Below are positions 1 to 10,053 of a stretch of DNA of 64,000 nucleotides, in pieces (positions within the stretch are counted from its first letter, which is position 1; each line of letters begins with the position of its first letter). Both the position numbers and the translations under genes were made by a program. The stretch spans positions 1-64,000 of IMG/VR virus record IMGVR_UViG_3300028833_000144. One strand, given 5' to 3'. The stretch comes from a virus. Lineage: Duplodnaviria; Caudoviricetes. Below the pieces are notes generated by a model. It made no database searches and was not told the origin of the DNA. It saw nothing but the letters and a program-made list of their open reading frames with translations.

Positions 1-356
1 CCGTCCTCTTTCTTTGAGTAATCGTTCTTATCGAGGTAGTAATCAACTGTTCCGTCAGATTTCAGCATACAAGGGCGAGGCATGAAGAAAGCATTTTCCC
101 AAGAGCCGTAAACAAACTTGTCATTAGCGTAGTCCATGTAAGCAGGTGTCATGCCTACTGCGTCCTCAAGGTAGGTAACTGCGTCATCTGCGTCCGTCTC
201 GGCACTATCAATGTGGAACCCGTAGCATATCTTCTTTCCGTCCACCTGATAGAGAGTGTCGCCTATCTTGAGAGTAGAGAGCGAGGCGGAGGGCGTGCCG
301 TCAGCGTTACCTTCAACGTATCCACTTATCTTATCACTCGACCAAGTAAGAGCCGT
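1..356. repeat. Direct repeat copy 1 (copy 2 at 58737-59092); weaker similarity continues to ~662/59398
   Basis: Base-by-base comparison at offset 58736: mismatches only at 128, 213, 290, 320, 336, 339 up to 356. Confidence 0.97.
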
Positions 357-662
357 TGATGTAACGCCATCGTCAATAACAGAAGGCTCGTCAGAACTCG
401 GTACAAGCACCCAGCTTGCCCCGTCAGATATAAACATATCCCCTGCTTTTGCAGACTGCGAGGCATAAGTGCCGTCTGTAATTACGATGTAAACAAAGCC
501 TTTGTTGCTGTCGCTTGCCGTGGGGAGAGTTTCAATAGTACCGCCTGTGCCGAGAGTGCCTTTAAAGACCATAGGCTCAGGCAAGTTAGTGATCTCGGCA
601 AGTGCTTCTTTCGCTTTCTTCAATGCGCCAAGAGCAAAAATAAATACTGTGTTAATATCCAT
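1..662 (-). CDS. Tail fibre / receptor-binding protein, 5' part only (runs off window start); paralogue of 57785-59398
   Basis: Not in ORF track. ATG at 662, open frame MDINTVFIFALGALKKAK..MVFKGTLGTGGTIETLPTAS..GFHIDSAETDADDAVTYLEDAVGMTPAYMD..MPRPCMLKSDG to position 3; near-identical to aa ~100-220 of 57785-59398. Confidence 0.85.
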   Translation of the reverse strand, partial: MDINTVFIFALGALKKAKEALAEITNLPEPMVFKGTLGTGGTIETLPTASDSNKGFVYIVITDGTYASQSAKAGDMFISDGASWVLVPSSDEPSVIDDGVTSTALTWSSDKISGYVEGNADGTPSASLSTLKIGDTLYQVDGKKICYGFHIDSAETDADDAVTYLEDAVGMTPAYMDYANDKFVYGSWENAFFMPRPCMLKSDGTVDYYLDKNDYSKKED

Positions 663-680
663 TTCTTATTTACCCCCTAA

Positions 681-899
681 TTACCATTGAACGCTTCCGT
701 CAGACTTAACCATTCCAACTTCCAAAGATGCAGTATAGAAAACAGAGTTTTCACTTATCTTCTTAACATCAGAAGGAAGTCCTACAATAGTAGGCTTATT
801 AGTAACAACATTAGCAGGTACTTCATTCTTTGTATCTGCATATACAACGAGTTCAGCAGAGCCGTTCATCTCTCTCTTAATTCCTTCACACTTCAACAT
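681..899 (-). CDS. Small tail-associated protein (homologue of 59410-59610)
   Basis: Shared motif ADTKxEV..S.....G.VG...SDG...W with 59410-59610; same position upstream of fibre gene. Confidence 0.65.
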   Translation of the reverse strand: MLKCEGIKREMNGSAELVVYADTKNEVPANVVTNKPTIVGLPSDVKKISENSVFYTASLEVGMVKSDGSVQW

Positions 900-1032
900 T
901 GTTCTTATCCTCCTTTGAGAGTTAATTTAATTTTACTATATCCTATAAGATATAACTACTTAATCTTCGTTAATGTCCTTATCATAAGCAATAAGGCTAA
1001 TATAAGTACCAATATTGCTATGCAGAAAAGTA

Positions 1033-2436
1033 TCATGTTCCACTTCCTACTGTAATTTCATATGTCAATTTCATCGTCAAGTCTGCGCTCTTAGTAACCG
1101 CTTCTTCGAGTTCGAGGTTGTTTACTGTGCTTACATAAGGGAAGAATGTGAGAAGATTAATGTAACTTGCAGACGTACCCCAATTAGCACGGTCAGAAAC
1201 AATAATAGAGCCTTTGCCCGTTGAATTAAGTGCATACTCACTAGCATCATTACCTCTACCTGTTCTATGAGCATATACCCGATAGAAATTACCATTGTGA
1301 TAATAAAGAGTTTCAGCAGTTTCTAACGTACTTCCACCGACAGTCTTATACCAGTCGCCATTCGGAAGATAAATAATAGGTCCATTAGTCACTTCCGATA
1401 AAGTGCCAAGCGGATTATCATAAGCAGTTACATCAGCGTCGTTATTGCCGAGCAGATTACACTTAACTATCTTATTTCCCGAACAACCCCATATATAGTT
1501 GCCGATAATAATGAAACAGTCTTTCCTCGGGTATCTATCTGTCCTGTAAGCAGAAGCAAAGTAATTGAACGTAACTCCCGAATAGGTGTGCGAAGTTACT
1601 GTAACGGTATCGAGGTCACTCAACGCAATAGCATAGTCTTTGAGGTTGCCCGTGTTATATTGGAAAGTAATCAAGTGAATTGTGCTGCCTGTGAAGCATA
1701 CGGTCGCCGTTGCCTTGTTATAATTATCCACCGTCTGTGAGATAGTATGTGTTTCAATAAGTTCCGCTATATATCTTTCGTCGGTAAGATGCAGATGCAA
1801 CGTAGGCACACGGTACACCTCAATAGTAATCGTGCCACTATCATAATCAATGAAATAGCCTCGCTCATTAGCAAAATCAATTATCTGACATTTTCCGAGC
1901 GTGTCAGCATCACTGTCATACCAACCATAAGTACCACTTCCGCCAAGACGATAAGAAGCAATAGCATCTGTATCGGGAATAGCAGAAGTCGTACCTAGCT
2001 CCGTCTTTCCAAATTCAGCTCGGGTACAACAGACCGAGGCTATAGGACCGTTGCCGTAGGCTGTTCCCCAGTCCCACACGTTCCTTATACCATTAGTGAT
2101 AAGACCGCTTTCTATCTGATTAAAAGTACCCCTCTTGGAATAAGTACCCGAATAGCTGTCATTACCTGCCTGTGCGGTAACCTCGCTATCTCCTGCTATC
2201 ATAGAAAGTGTAGGATCATTAGCCTTATCAGTAAGCAAACAACCATTAAAGAACTGCGATAACGGAAGCATTTTCGTAGGCTCAATTAACTGATAAAAAT
2301 TTCCTTGATGAAGCAGGTCATTTATCCAAGGCGTGATATTGTTATGCTTTTCTACTCGCTTAACAACTTCTCTCTTAACCTTGTTATTGATCTTCTTTTC
2401 TCTTGCAAATTCAAGAATTGTATTTCCTTGTAACAT
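1033..2436 (-). CDS. Tail/baseplate structural protein (homologue of 59633-61066)
   Basis: 467 aa; HNxITP..MLP...F.GC.LTD.AN..AGD.E..A.AGNDxY.G and C-terminal FFP.VSTV.NL...V.K....TM.L.YEIT shared with second module. Confidence 0.65.
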   Translation of the reverse strand: MLQGNTILEFAREKKINNKVKREVVKRVEKHNNITPWINDLLHQGNFYQLIEPTKMLPLSQFFNGCLLTDKANDPTLSMIAGDSEVTAQAGNDSYSGTYSKRGTFNQIESGLITNGIRNVWDWGTAYGNGPIASVCCTRAEFGKTELGTTSAIPDTDAIASYRLGGSGTYGWYDSDADTLGKCQIIDFANERGYFIDYDSGTITIEVYRVPTLHLHLTDERYIAELIETHTISQTVDNYNKATATVCFTGSTIHLITFQYNTGNLKDYAIALSDLDTVTVTSHTYSGVTFNYFASAYRTDRYPRKDCFIIIGNYIWGCSGNKIVKCNLLGNNDADVTAYDNPLGTLSEVTNGPIIYLPNGDWYKTVGGSTLETAETLYYHNGNFYRVYAHRTGRGNDASEYALNSTGKGSIIVSDRANWGTSASYINLLTFFPYVSTVNNLELEEAVTKSADLTMKLTYEITVGSGT

Positions 2437-2448
2437 ATCTACCTCCTG

Positions 2449-3123
2449 TTATGTTGAAGATTTGGTGTAACGAATAATCAGTCTTTCTGTTAAATTAGAT
2501 ACTGGGGGATAGTTACTTTCAACCAATGAAGCACCTTTAATATGACCGCCATCCAAAGTGAAACGAAGTATAAAATTTGTGTTCGGACACACTCGTACAA
2601 TTTCTGCGGAAATAAGCAAATCAATATCCGAAGGCTCATTGTTCCAAGGTATAGTTGCCCAACTCGTATTATTCAACTGTACCTGTGTATCGGTTTCAAG
2701 AACAATCTCATACACAGGAGAGCCATTTATCCAAGTGCCGACCACTTGTTCCGTTGTAGAGTACGTATGACTGCCGCCGCCACCAACAGAGCCGTTCTTC
2801 CATTTCTGCGCTGTGGCATCATAAACAATGCCCTGTCCATTTGCAAGAGTTTGAGAATCGATATCTACATCGTTAAGTGTATCAAGGCTCTGTCCGCTTC
2901 CCTGCGCCAACTCGTTGATAGCACCAATAATATTTTTTACTGTCGTGTGAAGGCTCGAAAACTGCAACGTATTAAATAGGAAATTGGCAATAGTACCGAG
3001 TGTAACCTTTCTCGATACATAGCCTGTTTCTGTCATAGCATTAGGCAGAGCAGTTTCAAACAGATCACTTGCACTCGTGCTTTCGGCAGTTGTCAGAGCC
3101 GATATTTCTCTTGTATCGGGCAT
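2449..3123 (-). CDS. Tail fibre adaptor / short fibre protein
   Basis: Tail module context; LHTTVKNIIGAINEL, LDTLNDVDI..NGQ.IVYD...QKWKN and YSTTEQVVGTWINGSPVYE motifs typical of phage fibre segments. Confidence 0.55.
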   Translation of the reverse strand: MPDTREISALTTAESTSASDLFETALPNAMTETGYVSRKVTLGTIANFLFNTLQFSSLHTTVKNIIGAINELAQGSGQSLDTLNDVDIDSQTLANGQGIVYDATAQKWKNGSVGGGGSHTYSTTEQVVGTWINGSPVYEIVLETDTQVQLNNTSWATIPWNNEPSDIDLLISAEIVRVCPNTNFILRFTLDGGHIKGASLVESNYPPVSNLTERLIIRYTKSST

Positions 3124-3127
3124 ATCT

Positions 3128-4906
3128 TTATACCTCCGTTAATCTTACGTCACCTTCTTCGGTAACTCTTGTGTTTCCATCTTCCGTAACTCTAGTGTAC
3201 TGTAATGTCTGTGCGGTCAATACCTGCGTATCAACAAGAGGAGCAACCTCAAGACCGAATGTGAACGGCTCGAATGTATCGCTTACCGTGATATTCGGGT
3301 TAACTGCTATCTTACTGATTACAGGTGTATCGACGAATGTAGCCGTATCAAGACCGAATGTGAACGGTTCAACTTCCTCATAAATCTCAAGTTCTCCGTT
3401 AAACTTATCTTGAGGTTCAAGATTTTGTCCTTGAAGTAATGCGTGTAAATCGCCTGTATTGATAGTACAGTCGCCACTATTAACCTTCGCCCACACTTCC
3501 CACTCATGCGTACTTCCTGCTTCTACTTCTTGAAGCCAAAATTGAGTGTCCCAAGTATGATACCCGTCCTCTCCATAGGTATGTGTAGGCTCATAATCAA
3601 ACTTTGTTCCGTCAAAATAGTAATTAAGTGTTACTTCTTGATTCTCGTTAGCAAGTTCATTAAGCCACTTAAACTCATGCCAAAGAGTAACAGTAGTTGT
3701 ACTGCCAACAACAAATCGTATGTGATATAACTGCTTAAACGTAGTTGTTAAACTTTTAGCACTACCATTTACATAAGTGTAATAAGTAAACTTACTTGCT
3801 TGTTGATCTTTACCTAACAGTCTTGTGCTTCCTATATCTGCCGTACTTACACCGGACATATAAGGATTAACACCCTTACTTACAAGCGTCATTCCACCAC
3901 CCCAAGTCCACTCATAACTTGTGATAATGGTTTGAATTGTATCTCCGTCAATAGTCGTAAGTTCTATTGTATCTCCAACATCAAAAGACGGATCATCAAC
4001 AGTGTTTATTTCAACAGGGGTATAAACAAGATTACTGATTACAGAGAATATAGCATTAGTCTGTGCTTGTAATACTTCATCTATACCATAATCCCATGCA
4101 GGTGCATCGGGAATTTTCATGTAGTTTCCTGTCTGGTCGCCTGTAAGTCTAGCCGTATAAGTACCTTTAGCACTCGTTACAGAAAGAGCAACGTATTGGC
4201 ACTCGTAATCTGCGATAGTAATGTCATACCAGTCACCTGCCGTAAGTTCATCGACAACAATATTGTTATACTTGAATAACTGCATTTGTCCTGTTCTATC
4301 ATCTCTAGCAGAACAACCTAAACATTGACATACCGCTTTTAACATATCTCTGTATGTCTGTAAGCCACTCGTACTATCAAAGTAAAGGTTAGTAGTTGTA
4401 TTTACAAAAGCAGATAATGAATCCTGTGTAAATGACAGAGGATAATTACAAATCTGTGAGATAAAAGAAAGAATATCCCACGGTTGTCCCGATACCGCAT
4501 CAGACAAAAGAGGTGTATCAAGTAAACGCATATCATCATAAGCAGTAAACTTAATAATATCTCCCTGTCTTTCTGCGTCAGAAATAGTAAACTGTCCAAG
4601 GTGTACTACTTTATAAGAACCATTTACCAATATCTTATAATCAAGAACAACTCTTGCACCAAAGAACGCATAACGTGATTTATCAGTAATCAACTGCATC
4701 TCAAGTTGGTCAGAATATACACCGCCAAACTCTAAATCATCTCCGTCTATACATTGTCTTGAAATAGTACAAGTCTTTTCGGGAATGATAGCAGGAGTAA
4801 TAAGTAAAGAGGTATTATCAGAAAAGGTAACAGTACCATAAACCTCGTCATAAGGCTTATCAATACTTCTTATAGCGGTCTTATAATCACTCGTTACGTT
4901 CTGCAT
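3128..4906 (-). CDS. Tail tip / baseplate hub (Tal-like) protein (homologue of 62066-63772)
   Basis: Directly after tape measure; LEFGGVYSDQL..LGQFTISDA..FTAYDDM N-terminus typical of siphophage tail tip proteins. Confidence 0.7.
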   Translation of the reverse strand: MQNVTSDYKTAIRSIDKPYDEVYGTVTFSDNTSLLITPAIIPEKTCTISRQCIDGDDLEFGGVYSDQLEMQLITDKSRYAFFGARVVLDYKILVNGSYKVVHLGQFTISDAERQGDIIKFTAYDDMRLLDTPLLSDAVSGQPWDILSFISQICNYPLSFTQDSLSAFVNTTTNLYFDSTSGLQTYRDMLKAVCQCLGCSARDDRTGQMQLFKYNNIVVDELTAGDWYDITIADYECQYVALSVTSAKGTYTARLTGDQTGNYMKIPDAPAWDYGIDEVLQAQTNAIFSVISNLVYTPVEINTVDDPSFDVGDTIELTTIDGDTIQTIITSYEWTWGGGMTLVSKGVNPYMSGVSTADIGSTRLLGKDQQASKFTYYTYVNGSAKSLTTTFKQLYHIRFVVGSTTTVTLWHEFKWLNELANENQEVTLNYYFDGTKFDYEPTHTYGEDGYHTWDTQFWLQEVEAGSTHEWEVWAKVNSGDCTINTGDLHALLQGQNLEPQDKFNGELEIYEEVEPFTFGLDTATFVDTPVISKIAVNPNITVSDTFEPFTFGLEVAPLVDTQVLTAQTLQYTRVTEDGNTRVTEEGDVRLTEV

Positions 4907-4912
4907 AATTTA

Positions 4913-7900
4913 TTATAACATTGTTCCTCTTATAATACTTCTTTGAGTATTATATCGGTCATTCGCTCTGCCTATTTCTTTATCGCCTATCTTCAATTCC
5001 TTATTATTAACTGCACTTACTACCTGCATTACTGCATCTACGATAGCCTCTGCGTAAGGCGCAAATTCTTCTCCAACTGCCTGCTTAATCGTATCAAGAG
5101 GTGCTTCAATGTTCGTACCACTTCTTTGATCTCCGAGCACCGCCAGGAATTGATTATTCGGAGGAATAACTGCACCTTGAGCAAGAGCCGGAATACGAGG
5201 TAAAGTGATCGTAGTTGGAGTTACATTTGCTATTGATCTGCCTGCTAATCCGGCAATACCACCGATAGCAGAATTATTAGCAAGTTCTGCTAATCCTTGA
5301 ATACAAGAATTAAGGAATGTTTCAATAGCACTAATACAAGTATTCAATGCTCCTCTTATATCTCCGCTAAACAGTTGAATAACGAAAGTTCCAAACGATT
5401 CAAAGTTAGACTTAATAAGTTCTACACCTCTAATAATCGTATCTTTAAAAGTAAGCCAAAGTTCTCTTACAAACAAGAATACGACAGAAAACTTTTCACT
5501 AATTGTTCCAAGTGCAGTTACAATAGCAATCTTTGCTAATTCAAAAGCTTCTTTAAATTTGCCCGTAGAGCTTATTGCAAAACTGATCCAATAGATTAAT
5601 GTAGGGAAAGCACCGCCAAAGAGCATTTGTAAATGTCCATACAGTCCTACTGCTCCCTCTGCACCGTCATCAAGACCTGCTCTGAATGAAGCAAGTGCTT
5701 CAACTGCGCCAACAATAGCACCACCAATTAATACTACCGCTATTGCTATCGGAGGAAATGCCCCTGCAATAGCAGCAAGTTCAGTAGCAAGTGTTCCTGT
5801 CGTAATAAAAGGCAACAAAGTTGAAATAAGAGGGAAAGCAACCGACATAGCACCGGATATTAAGGAAATGCCACCTGCTATTGAAGCAATAACCGCTGCC
5901 AAGGCAAGAAGATCGGGCAACAAATCAACTGCACCCTTAAACATATCCTCAATGCCAGATGCACCTTCGGGATTACCTTCTTTATAACCCTCCCAAAGTT
6001 CTTTGAGTGCTTCCTTAATCTTATCCCAAAGTTTAGACAAACTTTCCTTTAATGAAGATATGTCAATGTTCTCTATTAATTGACCAATACCCTTGCCAAG
6101 TTCTTTCCAGTCTGCTTCTCCAATAACTTTTCCGAGCATATCTATCATGCCCTGTGCAATCAGAGTTACATCTTGTCCGAGCATTTGCCAACCATTCAAG
6201 CCGGTATGTTCAACTTTTGCGTCAAATTGAAGAGTACCCTTACCACGAGTAATAACAACTTCCTCACTCATTTGTTCAAGGAAGTTATTAAAGCCCTCTG
6301 CAATAGATTCTCCCCAAGAAGCGAAGTCTGCTTTAGTTAAGAATCCCCATGCTCTTGCAATAGCACTCTTAAACAAATTACCGAGTGTTTCTCCAAGTTT
6401 AGGTACTACCATAGGAATAGCAGTATTTAATGCACTTGCTATCTGCTCTCCTATCTTAACCATTCTATCCGGTGTAACTATCTCGTCTATAAAATCAAGA
6501 GCAAGTACAATAGCTGCACCGATAGTTCTTCCAAAACTTTCTCCAAGAGTATCAACAGACAACGCACCGTCAAGGAATGTTCCTATGAGGTGTGCTATCT
6601 TCATAACTAAATCTCTACCTTCGCCTGTAAGCCACTCATAAGCATGATCTAAAGATTCCTTTAAACGAGTAGCAAATAATTCTCCAAGTTCAAAAGCATC
6701 TCCCGACTTCCATGCGTCACGAAGCATCTCGATAAGTTTGTTATAAGGTGTCTGAATCCTCTCAAACATCGAGTTAGGATCAAGAAGGTCGTCCGCACCT
6801 CCACCACCGCCTCCGCTTCCGGAAGGTGTCTTATCTTCATCAACGCCAAGTACATTAAGATCATCAAAGGCAGCAAGTCTATCATTAAGTTCTTCTTGTG
6901 CTTTTGCCGCCTTACCTGCACCGCCTGCTGCATCTTTCAGACTATCAGCATAATCTCCGGCATCTACTCTTAATGCCTGTAATACTGTACTCTGTCCTGT
7001 AAGAGCTGCCATAAAACGAGCAATAGCATTACCTACACTAGCAAGCAAGTTCATAAAACTTACAAGGATAGGATAAACTGCGTTAATTATAGGTGCAAAA
7101 GCTGCCGCCCATGCGTTCTTGAGAAAAAGCAGAGAACTTCTTAATTCTGTAATAGCCGTATTTGTTTCATTAGTAGCACTCTCAAATTGAACAAGATTTT
7201 TAAGTCCTTCGGCAATTCCTGCTCTTAACTTACGATATAAGAAAAAGAAACTTCTTACACCGAAGATGTACTTTGTAAGCATTGTTAAAGTACGCTTAAG
7301 ATTTTTGGTAGAAAATGCCCTATCTGCATCTTTAGCAAGACCTTTATAAATACCACTAAAGAAAGACTGTATACTCTTTCCGACAGACTTAAATACAGAA
7401 TAGATTTTCTTTGCTGCACTTACGGCTATGCTACCTAACTTCTTAAAGAAACTGATAACATTTTGAATACCTCTCTCAAGAACCTTCATTCCTTGAGAAG
7501 CCAGGTTCATAGCAGTTCTTGTATGAGAAACAAAAGAATCTATTTCAGCCTGTGTTCTCCTTAATGCTTCCTGTGCATTATTAAGTTCATTATCAAGCAA
7601 AGATGTACCTCTGCCTGTAACACCTGCGTTTCTTAATTGCTCTATACGTTCTTTAAGTGCAGACGCATAACGCATAAGTTCTATAATATTCATCTTGGCG
7701 GTATCTGCGCCAAAATCAATACCGGAAAGACCACCTACTTGATGTAATGCGTTTAAAAATTCTTTAGTAGCATTGGTAGCGGAAGATTCTTGCATAGCAA
7801 ATTCTCTTGCGCCTTGAGTTGCCTTTTCCTGTTCAGCATTATATTTATCGAGAGAACCGCTTAATATATCTGTATTTGAAATAAGAGATTTTAATATTCC

Positions 7901-8272
7901 ATATACATTATTTAAGTCTTTCCCTGCTGTGTTTAACGCCTTTAATCTACGGAGAGATTCAGTAAATCCATAAGACTTTTCTCCGTTCATTATGGTCGTT
8001 TGTTCTTGACCACGATTATAGGCTTGCATAGCATTAGTCGCCCATTTTCTAACTGAATCGGGCGTAGTAGCTTTATTTAAAGCCGTTTCAATCTCTTTGG
8101 TATCTTTTACTATTCTTTTTGTGGCAACGTCAAATTCAGTTACTAGATCGCCTAGTCCTGCCTTTTTAGCATCGACTTTTACTTTCTTGGCAGCTTCCTC
8201 TAATTCTTTGAATCCTTGGATCGCTTTAGCGTTCAGTAATTCGGCTTCAAATGAAATCTTGTCACTAGGCAT
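4913..8272 (-). CDS. Tape measure protein
   Basis: 1119 aa Ala/Gly/Leu-rich helical protein after tail chaperones; C-terminal IPALAQGAVIPPNNQFLAVLGDQRSGTNIEAPL motif. Confidence 0.9.
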   Translation of the reverse strand: MPSDKISFEAELLNAKAIQGFKELEEAAKKVKVDAKKAGLGDLVTEFDVATKRIVKDTKEIETALNKATTPDSVRKWATNAMQAYNRGQEQTTIMNGEKSYGFTESLRRLKALNTAGKDLNNVYGILKSLISNTDILSGSLDKYNAEQEKATQGAREFAMQESSATNATKEFLNALHQVGGLSGIDFGADTAKMNIIELMRYASALKERIEQLRNAGVTGRGTSLLDNELNNAQEALRRTQAEIDSFVSHTRTAMNLASQGMKVLERGIQNVISFFKKLGSIAVSAAKKIYSVFKSVGKSIQSFFSGIYKGLAKDADRAFSTKNLKRTLTMLTKYIFGVRSFFFLYRKLRAGIAEGLKNLVQFESATNETNTAITELRSSLLFLKNAWAAAFAPIINAVYPILVSFMNLLASVGNAIARFMAALTGQSTVLQALRVDAGDYADSLKDAAGGAGKAAKAQEELNDRLAAFDDLNVLGVDEDKTPSGSGGGGGGADDLLDPNSMFERIQTPYNKLIEMLRDAWKSGDAFELGELFATRLKESLDHAYEWLTGEGRDLVMKIAHLIGTFLDGALSVDTLGESFGRTIGAAIVLALDFIDEIVTPDRMVKIGEQIASALNTAIPMVVPKLGETLGNLFKSAIARAWGFLTKADFASWGESIAEGFNNFLEQMSEEVVITRGKGTLQFDAKVEHTGLNGWQMLGQDVTLIAQGMIDMLGKVIGEADWKELGKGIGQLIENIDISSLKESLSKLWDKIKEALKELWEGYKEGNPEGASGIEDMFKGAVDLLPDLLALAAVIASIAGGISLISGAMSVAFPLISTLLPFITTGTLATELAAIAGAFPPIAIAVVLIGGAIVGAVEALASFRAGLDDGAEGAVGLYGHLQMLFGGAFPTLIYWISFAISSTGKFKEAFELAKIAIVTALGTISEKFSVVFLFVRELWLTFKDTIIRGVELIKSNFESFGTFVIQLFSGDIRGALNTCISAIETFLNSCIQGLAELANNSAIGGIAGLAGRSIANVTPTTITLPRIPALAQGAVIPPNNQFLAVLGDQRSGTNIEAPLDTIKQAVGEEFAPYAEAIVDAVMQVVSAVNNKELKIGDKEIGRANDRYNTQRSIIRGTML

Positions 8273-8278
8273 AGCACA

Positions 8279-8863
8279 TTACCTCTTATTCCAAAGTTCT
8301 TGCAGTAATGCGTCATCTTCTTTTTCTTGTAACGTGCGTCTATCCCAATTAAAGTATTGAGGATTATCACGCCTAAATTCTTGTTCGTACTTCTCTAACT
8401 TTTTGCCTTTAACTATCTTGCTTCTAATACCAACAACAGTTGATAGAGGAGATTCCCCTATGGCACAATAATAACCCATAAACGTCCACCAATGACAGTA
8501 TTCAACGCTACGAATTTCTGTGTTTGCAACATTGTTGATAGCAGAAGAGATTAATTGTTCATCATTATCCCAGTCTATTAATTTGACATTAGTATTTGCA
8601 CCTGGAGAAGTCTGACCGCAATTAAAGAAGTTAAACATTTCTTCTGTTAATGCGGTCAACTCTTCTTCCGAGCAAGCAAATAATCTTTTAACATCATCAA
8701 ATTCAGTATAAAAGATAATGAGTGAAGTAAGTATTCTTTCTTGTTCCGATAACTCTACATCATTTAAAACCGTAAAAACGTCCAAGACCATACGATAATC
8801 TCCTTTATTGCGTATGGAATAGACGTTTTCATTTACGGTTATTGTTATCGGTAACTCATACAT
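8279..8863 (-). CDS. Tail assembly chaperone, A118 gp15-like
   Basis: GDYRMVLDVF..LND..DW..DEQLI..CHWWTFMGYY pattern; immediately before TMP. Confidence 0.75.
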   Translation of the reverse strand: MYELPITITVNENVYSIRNKGDYRMVLDVFTVLNDVELSEQERILTSLIIFYTEFDDVKRLFACSEEELTALTEEMFNFFNCGQTSPGANTNVKLIDWDNDEQLISSAINNVANTEIRSVEYCHWWTFMGYYCAIGESPLSTVVGIRSKIVKGKKLEKYEQEFRRDNPQYFNWDRRTLQEKEDDALLQELWNKR

Positions 8864-9405
8864 TAGTTGTGATACTTCTTTGTGTATTTGCTAGTGTGCT
8901 TTGCAGCCTTTTTCTCAAACTTCTTAATCTCGTCCTCAAATCCTGTTGTATAAAGCTTTGCAAGAGTTCCAATAATCTTCTCATATCTAAACTCTCCATC
9001 AACAGGATCAAACATATTTCCGGACGGGGCGCATACTTCCGATACGTTACTGTCAAACAGATAATCCATAAGACTACGCATCTTTGTATCAATATCTTCA
9101 AGGAAATCGGCAACTGTACTAATCTCCTCGTAAGTATTTTCTTCCTTTTCAAGATCGGGTAATTCAGTTATCTTCTTTGAAGCTTCTTCTGCAAAATTAC
9201 GAAGTTTAGAGATAACTTCTTTATAGCGGACATAGATATTCATGTCAGAAATATTAAGTTCCAACATTCTGTTGAAGTCGCCACCTATTCTAAACTTCTT
9301 CTTTTCTACAAATCCAAGATCAATATCTTGTATCTCTTGATCCTTAATAGGTGCAGATTCTACGATAGCTTCTGTTTTTGCTCTTTTCTTTGTGTCATCA
9401 ATCAT
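8863..9405 (-). CDS. Tail assembly chaperone (gp14-like position)
   Basis: Between major tail protein and gp15-like gene; start moved to ATG 9405 after AAGGAG. Confidence 0.55.
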   Translation of the reverse strand: MIDDTKKRAKTEAIVESAPIKDQEIQDIDLGFVEKKKFRIGGDFNRMLELNISDMNIYVRYKEVISKLRNFAEEASKKITELPDLEKEENTYEEISTVADFLEDIDTKMRSLMDYLFDSNVSEVCAPSGNMFDPVDGEFRYEKIIGTLAKLYTTGFEDEIKKFEKKAAKHTSKYTKKYHN

Positions 9406-9478
9406 TGTACTTTCTCCTTTTAAATAAAATACGCCCGACACGGCATATTAAGTCATGTCGGGTCGTATCTTAATTATA

Positions 9479-10036
9479 TCAAAGTTGAACGTCTGGAGTG
9501 AACGTAAAGTCCTCGGAAGTCTTATCAACAGTACCATTAGTAATGTTGTTAGAGAAATATACCGAAATAGGCATATTTACATTAACATCTCCACCGATAG
9601 AGTTGTATGTGATAGTACACTCAATGTGCTTCTCACACTCATAACCGCTTGAGGAATCGCCTACGAAAGCAGTAATAACATAAATCGTGAAGTCAGAAAG
9701 CTCTGTAAGGGCATTTCTCTTACGAATGTCATTCAGCTTCTCGCCAAGCAACGAATCGCCAAGAATGAGGAAAGGATCGAAGTCCTGCTGCGGTTGTGTC
9801 TTGTTGAGGTCAGAATAGTTGATTCCAAGAATATCCGTTGTGGTGGAAATATCGTTGTTGTACTCGATAGAGGAATCTTCTGTTCTTCTACCAAGAAGCT
9901 CACGATTTACCTTGTAGGAAGTTGTACCCTCGGTAACGGTAATCTCTCCGTTATCATCCTTCCACTCGGCTACTGTCATAAGCAACTTACGTTCTGCTCT
10001 CTGATGCTTGTTAAGATTAAACTTGCTTATAGCCAT
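9479..10036 (-). CDS. Major tail (tube) protein
   Basis: Position after tail terminator; ELLGRRTEDSSIEYN..TTDILG and IGGD..VNMPISVYF pattern; start MAISK at 10036. Confidence 0.7.
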   Translation of the reverse strand: MAISKFNLNKHQRAERKLLMTVAEWKDDNGEITVTEGTTSYKVNRELLGRRTEDSSIEYNNDISTTTDILGINYSDLNKTQPQQDFDPFLILGDSLLGEKLNDIRKRNALTELSDFTIYVITAFVGDSSSGYECEKHIECTITYNSIGGDVNVNMPISVYFSNNITNGTVDKTSEDFTFTPDVQL

Positions 10037-10053
10037 AATGCTTTTCTCCTTTC

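Noticed and set aside
8279-9405. Lambda G/GT-type programmed frameshift in tail chaperones
   Set aside because: Second gene has its own ATG overlapping the TAA and no clear slippery heptamer was seen
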